DNA from: Podarcis filfolensis
Lineage: Eukaryota
Direction: 5' to 3' (one strand)
Length of the DNA: 64,000 bases
NCBI GenBank assembly: GCA_964270895.1
Contig: OZ185440.1
Every line of letters starts with the position of its first letter. The stretch's first letter is position 1. The position numbers and the translations under genes were made by a program. The notes beneath the pieces are model-generated. The model was given only the letters and a program-made list of their open reading frames with translations. It ran no database searches and was not told the DNA's origin. Below, piece after piece: positions 35,301 through 47,629 of this stretch.

Positions 35301-38260
35301 ACTGAGGTATGAATGAGAGTTCTTGCCCCCCCCCCCCAATCATGCTGTTATTTTGTCCAAGCTGTGACTAAACCAGGAATAACTTGGGGGAAAGCCTGGA
35401 TCTTAAATCTTAGTTTGAATTTGGTTTGACAATCCTGTCTTGTTCCAAAGCTGGTAGCCATAGTTTCACAAACTGGAAAACACTGGTAAATAGAGGCCCT
35501 TGTTGAAACACAACTCACTCAAAAGGGAGCAGCCGAGGGGCTGTGTACAGGAGCAAAATCATATCTTGATTGATTAAGCTGATATATGATTGTTCAAATG
35601 CAGGCTATTATTTTAATATAATGTTTTAACCAAGGGAGTAGACAATTCAGGACAGTCCACTCATAAGCAAATTCATGCCTGTTTTTAAGAAAACCCAGAG
35701 AGAAAATGTTACTGCTACTGAATTATGATTGCTTTGTACTGGTGCGTTTTAGTGTTCCAATGGATTTTATATAATGTTAGTTATAATTGTGAAGTCTGCT
35801 AGAATATTCTCTACATAAAGTACAAATTATGCGGAGAAAGCACTGCAAGTTTATTCTGTGAGCTGTGAGAGCTTTTAACTGGAAGGCACTGGGTGGTTTT
35901 TCTTAAAACTCTTCTGCCTTACTGCTTTCTTACTCCCAGAAGCTTCTACAGCTCAGTGTACATCCTAAGACGTACTTGCATGTCGAAGGTCTTAGAAACC
36001 TCTTCCGCATCTGTGTTGAAGTTCCCGTGCAACTTTTTTGATATAAGAAGCAGAGCTTGGAGTAAGGAAGGAGCGGGTTTCATTGCTTGCAAATTGTGAA
36101 CGCGAGGTTTATGTGCGGTGGCTTGTTGGTCTGAAGCAAAGTTTCAGAAGAAGCTAGAGGCATGCAAAAAGGGCCAAGTTGAAGGAAACAAATGCAGATA
36201 CAGAAGTAGTATTGAGAGCTGACATATTGTGGTTGAATGCCTTGCATTAAAGGAGGTTGTGTTGTACTGCTAAAATACAACATGAATAATATGGATGAAC
36301 AGCTGTCATATGCAGAGAACTCTTAACCAGTGGAATGGAAATGGAATTTTAAGTGGGGGGTAGATTTAGAGCTGCAAGAGCATGTATACTTGATTTGATC
36401 TGTATTTTGTGACAGCTGATGATGCAGCATCTGTGCACTGTCCATATTGATTTACTGTTAATGGAAGGAATTAAAGAATGACTCTAGAGATCTGACCAGA
36501 TATAATTCAGTCAGTCATCTTCAGTAAGTCAGGGTTTAAGAGTGCACTGTGTTTTATCAAATCAGCTAATTTCAGATTTATTGGTGGTTTCTAGTCCACA
36601 TAGGAATAATTATTATCAGAAGCCAGTCTGTAGAAATCTGATAGCAAAGTATTTGATGCCATAGGACTGACTTCTTTTAAGGGCTGTGGATACAATCTAG
36701 TCGGTGGTTGTTCATTAGCATTTAAAAGTCTTATTCTCATGGGATAACCAGGAATGATAAGACTCGCCATGATGATATTTGCCAATAGGTCAAATCGTAT
36801 GCAACTCCCTGACTGTGCTTGGGAGACTTAACAGTTGTTTTTCATTAGGGAATAGCTAGTCTGTTCCAAAGGCTGGTGAGCTTAATGTATGCCTGTAGAT
36901 GGTAAAGTGCAGAATGTAGTCCTTTCCCCCACAAAGGATATTGACTGAATATCTCTCCCCTGCCCTGCCAATTCTGCCATTACCAGGTGATGGTAGGTCG
37001 CCAAGGCCTGGGATTTACTGACAGTGAATAGAAATCATGATTGAAATCAAAATATACTTGAGAGATGATTTCTACTGTATCATGTTTGCTTTCCCCCATA
37101 ACCACTATAATTCTTTCTGAATTAGAGAGCTGTTTGTGAGCAGGCTCTTAGCACGTTTCCGGACGACTTCCAAATTCCCACTTTGATTCAAATGCAGATT
37201 CTCCTTAACAAACATGTCTCCAATTTTTTTGAATGGGTGTTCATCTGTATCTGAGAGTGATCATGTTTTGCTAGGACTCCTTGCAAGCAAGTCAGAAGGC
37301 AGAAATGTCTCCCCCCGCCCACCCGAGATAGAAATTTGTCCTTTGCACTCACACTGATGCCCCCTACTTTCATCTTTGTTTTCCTTTATTCTACTTCACT
37401 CCTGCCATATTAGCCCACCTGTTGCACAAGGCAGCTTCTCAACTCAAAGTCCAGCATTTTTGGATGTACTCCTTCCTTCAGCGATGTTAAGGGGCCTGTT
37501 TCAAAAGGCAATTTTAAGTTTATTTCAAGCTAGCAGACTCCCCAAGGCCTTTTCCCTGAGTGACTTAGGTTTGGATCATGATCACTTTCATGTTTGGAAA
37601 TCCTTTTGCATGATTCTCCTAGAAGCAGCATGTTCCATGAAGGGCTTTTTACCAAGATTAACTCCACAAGCAGCTCACAGGTGAAATTTAACCCAATTCC
37701 TAGGGGCAATTCTTTTCTTCCTCTGTTCCTTTCCCCTGACAACTGTTCTCTCTTTTCCTGGGGCAAATTGGACCCTTGGCATATGTGACTTTCAAGGTGT
37801 TCTCAGTAAATACTCTTGAAAAACAGCACAGCCCAAGCTGTTGCCACAGGGCCTTTTGTGTTGTCCCCTCCCCTTGCTTCCCTCATGTTGTTGATGAATC
37901 TAGTAACAAGTCCCCTCTGCAAATGCTAACTCGTGGAAAAGAGTGGTGTTATGCACTTGGCTCGCTAACTTCCCAAGCTGCAAGTATTCTGTACTTACCT
38001 GTTTTAAGGAGAGTTTTACAGATTGTTGTAAATACACTACTTGGAGAAAAGACTAGCCTGTGAGTGATGAGAAAGAATGTATTTTTATGCAATTTTTTGA
38101 GTGGCCTTTCAAACTCTTGAGATGAATGGTTTTTGTTTTCTTGATTGTTATATAGTATTCTAAGTATATGTTTGAAAGTTTGGGGATAATATTCACATCT
38201 ATGATGCTTGTAAACACAACAGTATTTATAAATGAATAAAGTGCTTTAACACAGCCTGAG
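32371..38260 (+). other. PPP1R12B: PPP1R12B long 3' UTR (approximate end)
   Basis: Repeat-poor sequence after the stop codon up to a U-rich region ending in AATAAA. The end is inferred. Confidence 0.6.
38235..38240 (+). terminator. Probable distal poly(A) signal of PPP1R12B
   Basis: AATAAA preceded by U-rich/TGTA-containing sequence; TE-rich DNA begins ~400 nt downstream. Confidence 0.6.
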
Positions 38261-38615
38261 TCTATCTTAATAGTGAGAGCATGGTCTCAGGATGCTTTGG
38301 TGAGTTACTGGGGGAAGTAGAAGTTTCCCCATCTCCTCATGAATGTTTGCTTTGAAGTAAGGTTACATTTGTCTTAGTCAAATGGGAAACTTGATGCAGT
38401 GGCAAAAAATAATAGCAACACGTGAAAGTCTCAATGAAACTGCATGAGGAACCAAGTGATGTAGATCCTATCTTCCCTCTTAACTTAGCATTTGCTACAT
38501 TTCCTTGCCATTGGAAATATGGACCAGGACAATATGAAGGGGCTGTTGAACTGTGATAAAGAGACATGTGAATGAAACAATGGCAATATGCCACATTTTT
38601 ATATCTAATGGCTAA

Positions 38616-38678
38616 CACCGCAACCCCAGAGTTGGCTATGACTGGACCTAATGGTCAGGGGTCCCTTTACCTTTACCT
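38616..38678 (+). mobile_element. Sauria SINE / BovB-type 3' end fragment
   Basis: CAACCCCAGAGTTGGCTATGACTGGACCTAATGGTCAGGGGTCCCTTTACCTTTACC, nearly identical to the tail at 29270-29325. Confidence 0.88.
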
Positions 38679-38818
38679 ATGCCTTCCATACATGGGAGTT
38701 GAAATTGACTAAAAAGTGGAAAGCCTTTGCTTGAGTTGAATGTTTGCCAACACATATTTTTTAGAAATGAATAGAACAGAAGCTACATTTTATGCCCTGT
38801 TGTGAGGATTTTCAATTA

Positions 38819-39077
38819 CCGTATTTTTCGCTCTATAAGACGCACCAGACCACAAGACGCACCTAGTTTTTGGAGGAGGAAAACAAGAAAAAGAATATTC
38901 TGAATCTCAGAAGCCAGAACAGCAAGAGGGATCGCTGCGCAGTGAAAGCAGCAATCCCTCTTGCTGTTCTGGCTTCTGGGATAGCTGCGCAGCCTGCATC
39001 CACTCCATAAGACGCACACACATTTCCCCTTACTTTTTAGGAGGGTAAAAGTGAGTATTATAGAGCAAAAAAGACGG
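38819..39077. mobile_element. Tc1/mariner (Tc2/pogo-like) MITE, 259 bp
   Basis: TIRs CCGTATTTTTCGCTCTATAAGACGCAC / reverse CCGTCTTTTTTGCTCTATAATACTCAC, TA TSD, internal 30-bp hairpin. Confidence 0.9.
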
Positions 39078-39334
39078 TATTTTGAAACTATTTTGTCAAT
39101 AGATTAATGAAGTCTTCAGTGCCCCCCCCCCCGCCCCATAACAATTAAAAGCTGCCTGCATATAGCAAATTAGCCACTGGGCAAAGGGCAGTCCTTTTCC
39201 CCTGGTAGTTTGCTCCATGGCCTGTTCAAAAATTGCTAATATGGGAAGAGCATTAATAGGATCTCCCCTGCAGTCTGCATTGGTACAGTGCAGAATTCTA
39301 CAACAGTGGATGTAATAGATGGAATGACTCCCTG

Positions 39335-39570
39335 CGAGTGCTGCAATTGGAGAGCAGCGGGATGAAAGGGAGAAACGAGCTAAGAGGAAGGTACGTTTGG
39401 CAGATCCTCACCGCTATCAACTCCTACACGGAAACCTATGTCCCCACTGTGGAAAGATGTGCAGATCCAGAATTGGCCTCCACAGTCGTCTATGGACACA
39501 CTGTTATGACCATATTCATGGAAGACAATCTTCTTCAGCTACAAGTGATTGCCAAAGACGACGACAACAC
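39335..39570 (+). mobile_element. RTE-clade LINE 3' end fragment
   Basis: Encodes CPHCGKMCRSRIGLHSRLWTHC, resembling the C-terminal zinc-finger-like motif of RTE ORFs, followed by a short (GAC)n tail. Confidence 0.75.
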
Positions 39571-41980
39571 TGGATGTAATATATGAGATGACTCCATGAG
39601 AAAGGTATGACGCCTGACACTTGAATCACTGATTTGCCTGTTGGATGTTTTTACTGTGTAAGTTGTTTTGAAAATGCAAACAGGGACGGTTCTCCCCTCA
39701 CTATCCACTGATTTCTTTTGAACATGGGATCTCTGCCAAAATCCCCTCTTCTATAAAGGGACTTTGTCCTCCAGCTGAGTCTCTCCTAATTCTGAGATCC
39801 AATAAGTATTCCTATTAAGAAAAATGCACTTATGTAAATAACAGGAAAACAGAGAACGGCTGGGTCTTTCAGCTAGTTTCTTTAATAAGGAGACGCATAT
39901 CATTACAAAATAACAATTTAACAATAGAGACAGAAACGGTCCACATGAGGACAGGAAAGGGAGCATTAAAAGCAGCTTCCTGCAGAGAGGGGTGGGGGTG
40001 GGGGTTGGAGGTCAGTGCTGCAGAGCTCAGGCTGCACCAGAAATGGTGGGAATGAAGTGGGGCCAAGAAATGAGTTGGTTCAGGACGTTTGTATGTGACA
40101 GAGGGCCTGGCTGGAAGAGGAGGCAAAGGAAGCAGAAACCTTGCCTCAGAATACCAAAGCTCTGAAGCCTTTCTCTAGCCTTTTTTGGGTGTGTGGGTGT
40201 GTAGGCCACCTATTGAGTTTATGTTCTGTATATCTGCCACCCCTCAAATGGACTTGCCAACTTTTCAAACAGTGCTGCCTTTAACAATCCCACTTTGCCA
40301 CATTGCGCTATACACCTGCATGAAGGATAGGAGCAGATTTTAGCAGCCTGCTGTGACCTGGGTCATCATGTCCAAATCTGTACTCCATCCATTCATAACG
40401 TTCCTGCTACCTGCCACTTTTTTGATGTCATCCTGCAGTTTTATAGTGCTGGTGATAAGCTGAGATAAAGCCCAGTTCGCACTATGGTTGTTGTTTTTTT
40501 TGCCAAGCTCATTGACAACACACGCCTCATGGAGTGGTGCTATGGCCAGAAAACTTGGATCAACAATCGCTTGGACAGAGGCTTTTTCAAAAAATAGTCC
40601 TATAATTCCTTTCAGAACTGGGTGTTACAGAAGTAGCCTAAAGGGCCCCAGCAATCTCATCGCTTGAGGATGCCACCATTTTCCTTTTTTCCCACAGACA
40701 GCCCCTTGTTCAGACAAAACCTCACTGGCAGTGAACACACAATGGGAAATGCTTGACCAGATAAGATTCCTGTGAAGCCCTGCCATGTATCGATGGGCCA
40801 TGTTCAGACTTCTAACTGCATGTTGGGGGTTCACAGCCAATGCAGGTGTGCCCCTTCCTGTTCTGCTAAACATGCATTCAAAGAAGATGTGAGAGTTTTG
40901 CCTCAACTGGGTCACTGTCTGGCCAAGCTTGAAATAAACTATCCGACTTTTCTCCTCCCCAAGGTGAGCACTATTCCCTATGAGTCCTTCCCATCCACTA
41001 CCCAAAACTTCCTCTGGGTATGGTGTCATCCAGCCATTACTGGACTACAGCTCAAGGTGGCTGAGACTGATGGAGCTGGGAGTCTGAAAACACCCAGAGG
41101 GTTCTGCAATAGCTGCTCCTCTAGATGAACACATCATGCTGATACAGGAACTATAGACCTTCCCCATGCCTGCCCACTGCTCCAATTGTGGTTTTTAAGA
41201 AAAATTATTGGCTTATCTGGCAGCAGTTGAGGTGGCTAAGAAGCAGCCTCCCATTGAAATTTCCCATAATGCTATGTTGGGTGTTCCAGGGCATCATGGG
41301 AAAGTATTAACAGTGGTCTTCCCAGATCCATCCACTGCCACTGGATAAGCCTTCAACTGGGGAAGATGGGTGGACAAGAGGGTTAAAAGAGACACCAGCA
41401 CTGATGTGATCTGCCAGGGTGTTTTGATCCCTGAATGGCTGCCTCAAATGCTGAAGCTAATCCTGACTGTTGAGCAAGAAAGAACTTCAGAACAATGTTA
41501 TTCGCAGCCAGTGTTGAAAGGCCTATACTTGACGGCTTTCCTTCAGAGCTCCAACCCAAAGTGAAGCCGCGGCCTCCAAGTTGGGTCTCTGTCATGCACA
41601 AACGTCCCCAGGAATAACGTAAGACATGGACAGCACGATAGACAAAGACAGAGGCGGGGAAACATTAGCGAGGGAGAGGAGAGACTGGGGATCACCTGTC
41701 AGCCAATCCCAGTTTCAGGATCCTGACAGCCTGTGATCTAATATGGCTTCTAAATTTGCTTCAACAGTGAAATGCTTCAGCACGACACAGAACATTGAAG
41801 CGGCAATGTTGCTGCTACTAGGACATGGTAAAAATGCAACAAGTTACAGTTTTGTAAATATAGATTACAACACACTGATGAAATCCACTGCCATATTGTT
41901 GGTGTTGTATCCCCCACCCCACCCCATACAACGCTTCTATGAATATTTTTTTAAATGGATCAGGCATGCTTTGTTGCTTT

Positions 41981-42008
41981 TTTATTAAAAAAATTATTAC
42001 TTTTTATT
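41981..42008 (-). terminator. Tandem poly(A) signals of SYT2 (AATAAA at 42008-42003 and 41986-41981 on the minus strand)
   Basis: Two TTTATT hexamers on the plus strand within an AT-rich block typical of a transcript end. Confidence 0.6.
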
Positions 42009-45000
42009 GAAAATAAACTTACATTGTTACAACCACTCTCTCTTATTTATTTTTTTACAGTCCCCTCCCCCCATCTTATTAGGTAAAATAAATTCATTCA
42101 CACCACATTTTAAAAATAACTCTGTAGCCTGACTGTATTCTAGAAAATGGGCAATGACACACATGGTCTATGGGTTCTGCTCTTTGCATGCTGCTGCTAC
42201 TTACATACTGGCTAGGCATCATGCATTGCTTACAAGAGGGTTTCATTTATGTTAATAGATCTCTATATCATTTTATATATAAGTACACACAAATGATGGG
42301 ATTTGGATGAGGCTCAGATGGCTTGAGTTGATTCACCTTTTCTCCCCCTTTATAGAAAAAGAAATTAAAACCAAAATACATTTATATTGTGTATTAAAGT
42401 TACAGCTCCCCCATTTTAAACTGTAGAAGTTTGAGACACCATTCATTAATGGCTGTGTGTTCTGACCTGGTTCTTAGTGCTAATATTTCCACATCATTGG
42501 TTTCAAAGAGGACACCCTGGATCGTTTATCAGCAGGAGAAGATTAACAGAACTGGGTTTGTGTGGCGATGTTGCCGTTTTGCAGTGCAGTCCGATCCTTT
42601 TTGCTTGCAGAAATTCAAATTCTCCAAACATATTTGTTCTAATTCAGTAAGATTAATCTATGCCCATAACCACTATTGATATGGAGGCATCTTCAATGCA
42701 ATGCTCACCTGAGCCCTCGCAAACTGTCTACATGCCTCTTGAAATATCAATAGATATATGCATCCACATGCACAGTATCTTATTATGGGGCTATAGATTA
42801 CTTTGTATCTTACTGCCATCTGTTTACGTAGACATCACCTTTATAGCCACATGTGAATGGGCAATATAAATGCTAACTCAAGGTAAATTTAAGCTATGAG
42901 CTGGATCCAGACTTCCCACAAGCAGAATTCCATTCAAGACTGCAGGAGGCCAGGATGACTTCATCCTGAAAAGCTCTTCCAGAGGACATGGAAGATGGGG
43001 AATGGTGAAAGTTGCCCCAAGAGCCTCTGCTGGATTCCAGTCCTTTCCATTCACAAAAGGCAGCTCTCTATCCAACCTTATGAATTTTGCAGCCATTGCA
43101 TGATTGTCAATGAGGCAATTTGGAGTGCCACATAGATTCTGCCACCCACACCCACATACACCCCTTTCTTTAGTGTGAATTAAGAACCTCAAGCCTCAAG
43201 TGACACTGTTTAGAAGCATGAATTGCCAATCCAGGGAAGGAAGTGACGTTTGCAAGTTTTACATAACACATCACACAGTTGCAAATCAACAAAATTTATA
43301 TTATGGCATATATTTGTTTGCACCATAATAAATGTATTGGGCTTTAAAGGTGAAACAAGACTCTTTGCTGCTCTCGTTGCAACAGACTTAACAGGGCTTC
43401 TGCACTAGAAACAGTTATAAATGTTAGTATTTTGCAGATCAAAGCAAAGTAATCCCACCAAACGGTGGCAGATCTGGGAGAGAACTGGCGTCAGGTTCTA
43501 CAGCTGTAGGTAAGAGGAGGCAAAAGAAGCATAACCTGGGAAGATAATCAACACTGTAATTCACTGTAACAAAATAATACAAATTGGTTTGGCAGCCTTT
43601 ATCCAAATGTATAGGTGCCTGCAGTGACTAGGAACTGTACACAAAGACTGGCACACTGGCACAAATGCACGCGCACCCATAGATTCCAGTGCTCACCCAC
43701 TATTTAAGAAAGCAGGACATTGCAGAACCTCATGAGAATCTCTGAGGGATGAAGAGCTCATTATTCCACCATGCTTACAACCTGCAAAGGCACCTTTTGA
43801 TCTTTGTGGACAGAAACATGTGATCCTTCCCTCTGCTATTGGGACTTCCTGGCACTACAGTGGTGCTGTTGCGATGGCATCTGATTAGGGATGGTGCCAT
43901 GTCTAGGTTAAGAAGAAGAATCTCATGGACAGATTCAGAACTCCACAAGGACATCCTTCTGCAAGGATGCCTTAAAACCCTATCTTTGCCAGTGGCAGCA
44001 TTAAAAGCTAAGAGAGGCACAAATTTTATCTACCCTTAATCGGGAACAAATTTAATGTACCCTTTAGTGGGGATGGACATACTTGTGTTGTTTTTTTTAA
44101 AAAAAGAACAAACCAGTACCAAAGCTATCTTTTCAGAGATGCTGCAGTGATTTTTTAATTTTTTTTCTGATTAAGCATAGGCACTATTGCATATGGTCCT
44201 GCAGGTTTGATTAATAAATAAACCCAGGTCTCACTTCATGGGGCTTAGGAGCACAACCTACAGGTGGTGATACCATGGTAGCAATGTGCAGAATGAACAG
44301 GGCTACAATTATAGCTTTTTAGGTTTGATTAATCCAAGAAGGAAACTTTCAGGGAAGCATGCTGAAGACCTTTAAAGAGTCCCTCCCACTTCTTTTCTTC
44401 ACATTTCTAGAGCATTTTTAAGCAGCTGGTGATGGCTCTCCCTTTCCGTCTCTGTAGTAAAGTTGGTGAGGAAGGAAAAAGAAGCAGAGCCAAGGCCCAA
44501 AGTGCATTAACATCAAGGTTTTCACTCACCCCTACGACCAAAGTGGTTTAACTCTGCCTGTACATGAATGATCCTGGGATTACTCTGCTTGCAATGGCCC
44601 ATTTGGGCAGGAGCAACCTATTTTGAAGGCCTAGTTTCTGGGCTGTACCATTTGGGATTGAAAGGGGAAGATCACGCAATGGAATGCTCCTCCGTACAAA
44701 CAAACCAACAAACCTATTCTATGCAGGAAAGGAGATGCCTTCTGTCATGCAAGATTTCTACACAACAGGATTCTTGTTTTGTTTTTGTATATGGAGGAAC
44801 ATTCAGTTCTCATCTGCGGGCTGGAATGGCACAAAACAGAGAGAGAGTTATTGCCACCCAGCTAGACCTGAGGCCTAATCCTAGCTAGCCGAGAAACAAA
44901 GACTTCAAAGAAACCTACAACCCATGGGAGGTCAGCATACAACACCCAAGAACCCTATGCTTTGTCTGCATTAGCCAAGCTGTTCTTTCAAGCTCAGAAT

Positions 45001-46132
45001 TCCTTACAGGTGGCAAAGGCTGACAGGCAGCTGAGAACCTTAAAGCCAATATTGATACTTAAGTCTTGCCTTGGTGGCCAGAATAGGAAGGGAGACATTA
45101 TTGCCACAGAGGCTGCTGAAGCACAGGGACTGCCTTATTCTGCATGCTCAGAACTCTACCAGTGCTCTCTCTCTCTGTCTATTCCTACAAACACAAAAGT
45201 ATAAGTCGTTATTTGGCTGTGCAGCCAAAATATTAAAATGATCATGGTAAGCAGGACTGATTTGGTCCAAGCTAAGCCATTGAAGAAGCTTGCACAAGAG
45301 ATCTTCCTTGGCTAAATATTTTGCCCTCACAGGACAGGTTTTTGAGGCCTTTTGCTCCCTGAATCTGCAACTTGTATAAAGCCTGAGCCTTGCTCAACCA
45401 TCTTCATGGCTAGAATCTGGTTTCCCCCTATCAGCACCCAAAGGTCCGAGGACCACCATGGTGACTAAATGGAACACAACCAAGGCAAACATAAAAGCAT
45501 CAGGCCTGCATTCATTGCTGTATTCTTTAGATGATGAGCTTGAACTGAGCAGGACTGATGGTCCTTCAGTAAAACAGAGGCCTGGGAATTGTGTGCCAGT
45601 GTCTACATCCTTCCTGCTCCAACAACCTGAACAGGGAGTCAATACGTCCAAAACATTGGTATCTGGTGCAACAAATGAAACAGGCAGGCCCTTCAGGAAT
45701 CAGTGCAAACACTAGGTAGCAAAGATAATATGGCTTATCCCTCTGGGATCAGCAAAGAAACCATAAATGTTTTTGGCAGCCGGACAATACTATATAGAAC
45801 AGGAGATGCTGCTGCCTTTGGTGCATCTTTGGTCCTTAGGTTGGAATGGATTCACTTTCCCTCTAAACTCAAACATGCGCAATGCTCCCTCTATTAGCCA
45901 AGAGTGACGTTGCGGGGGTGGGGGGTGGGGAAGACGGCTCCCAGCCGAAAGCTGCTTCAACTCTCCTAATTGAGAAATTAGATAAATTAATCTAAGATCA
46001 ATATAGCATTCTGTAGGCCTTTGGGCAAATCTGCTTGTCCTACCTGCTCTTCCCATCTAGCAGATCATCAGAGCATTAGAAAAACACAGGTATTTCCCAT
46101 ACGCCTTTGGCTGAAAAAAATCCTTAAGATGT

Positions 46133-46306
46133 TAGGAATGTAGGAAACTGTCTTATACTGAGTCAGGCCACCGATCCCAGTGCTGTCTACTCGGATGGGC
46201 AGCGGCTCTCCAAACAGAGGACATTCCCAGTGATACTTGAGGGCACAATGGATGGAACCTGGGATCTTTTTGCATACAATGCACGTGCCTTACCACTGAC
46301 ATATGG
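46133..46306 (-). mobile_element. Degenerate tRNA-head SINE inside the SYT2 3' UTR
   Basis: Reverse complement gives CCATATGTCAGTGGTAAGGCAC...CCCAGGTTCCATCC (A/B-box-like) and a GACTCAGTATAAGACAG..CCTACATTCCTA tail. Confidence 0.6.
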
Positions 46307-47422
46307 ACGCAAATTAACCTTCCAGCTAAATATCTCTACATCTCTTCAGATTTAGGTTGCTGTGTCCACAAAAGAGAGATGGCAGTGCAAGGCAGGATGA
46401 GAACTGTATGCAAACCAACCCAGGGCTGCCGTTTTCTTCAGGTCTCAAAGCTGCATTGAAGTTCTTGCTACAGTTTTCCACTATGCACCCAGTTTAACAC
46501 CGCTATCTAGAAGTTGACTTACCTGCAGGGCTGGGCCTTCTAATTTCCACATGGTAAGGCTACTAGCATAAATATCCCGTGGTGCTGTCCTTCAAAAACA
46601 AAGTGTGTTTTATGCTCTGCCCTGCACTTAAGACAGAAGAGTGGCAACTCGCAAGTGTAGTTATTGCACTCCAATAATCTCCTAGTACCACTCCACTGTT
46701 CTACTCAAGAACTGAAAACTATAAGGGAGCAGAAGACCGACTGCATTACCTAGATAATACAGGGCAATTAGCATTAGGTAATTTGTATGCTCAAAACCAC
46801 ACTCCCCTCACCAAAGAGACTTAAGCCACCAGCTATCCACATAATCAGGGATGTTCCAGTGCCAGAGTTGCTCCTTGTCCCCTCTGCTAGGTGGCCAATG
46901 GCTGAAGGCCACCAATCTCGAAGTGTGAGGATGCTCGTATGGTTCCCAAGAGCACCACTTCATGCACCTTGCTGTCTTCCAAAGCAAGCACAGTGTATCT
47001 GGTCAACTCACATTGTCAGGCTCTGGTATCATCCAAGCACGGTTTTCAAAGGTCCAATTTAAGGAAGAAGATCCCAAAGCGAGTAAAAGCAAAGCTTGCT
47101 TTGTGCTGCTATTCATGGTGGTCTTGGGGAGAAACCCAAGAACGAAGCTTGCTTTGCGCTCGAAGAGAACGACACAGAGAGACGATGGAACATGCAGCAG
47201 ACAAAACTACTTTGAAGAATGCGAAAGGAACAGCTGTGTCTTTAAACCTTCCCCCCTCTGGATGCTCTCGAGTTCATCCAGAATCCCTCTACAGCCATCA
47301 AAGAAAGGGTATTGCAGCTTAGAAAACAGAACGGAACAGAAACCAAACGTTGCCTAACTGAGGTATTGATAGCTCTGGATCACTTTGAATGTTCAGAAGG
47401 TGATGCTGGGGTATGGAGCTGC

Positions 47423-47629
47423 CTATTTATTTTTCCCAAGAGCTGCATCCACCTCCTCTTCAGGCTTCAGGGAATGCCACTGGGCAATGGGACGGCGTGG
47501 GTTGGCCAGCATGTCAGACCAGTGCCTTAGCTCCGTGCCAGTGGATTTGTTGCCGACAAATACTTTGCCAATGGCTTCGTTCTTCCCCAGCTTGTCATAA
47601 TCCAGCACAGTAATCACAACTTGCACTTT
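47423..47629 (-). CDS. SYT2: SYT2 last coding exon, C2B C-terminal half ([21 protein letters not shown]...[12 protein letters not shown])
   Basis: CCAG|AAA acceptor; DYD Ca2+-ligand loop, WHSL motif; SYT2-type KNE and GKNK ending; TAG at 47425-47423. Confidence 0.98.
   Translation of the reverse strand, partial: KVQVVITVLDYDKLGKNEAIGKVFVGNKSTGTELRHWSDMLANPRRPIAQWHSLKPEEEVDAALGKNK

Larger units (their letters stand above)
41960..47422 (-). other. SYT2: SYT2 long 3' UTR (approximate end)
   Basis: Sequence between the SYT2 stop codon and the tandem AATAAA. The end is inferred. Confidence 0.6.

Noticed and set aside
39397-39579. Small ORF with CxxC...H zinc-finger-like motif
   Set aside because: Better explained as the decayed C-terminus of an RTE LINE ORF than as a host gene.
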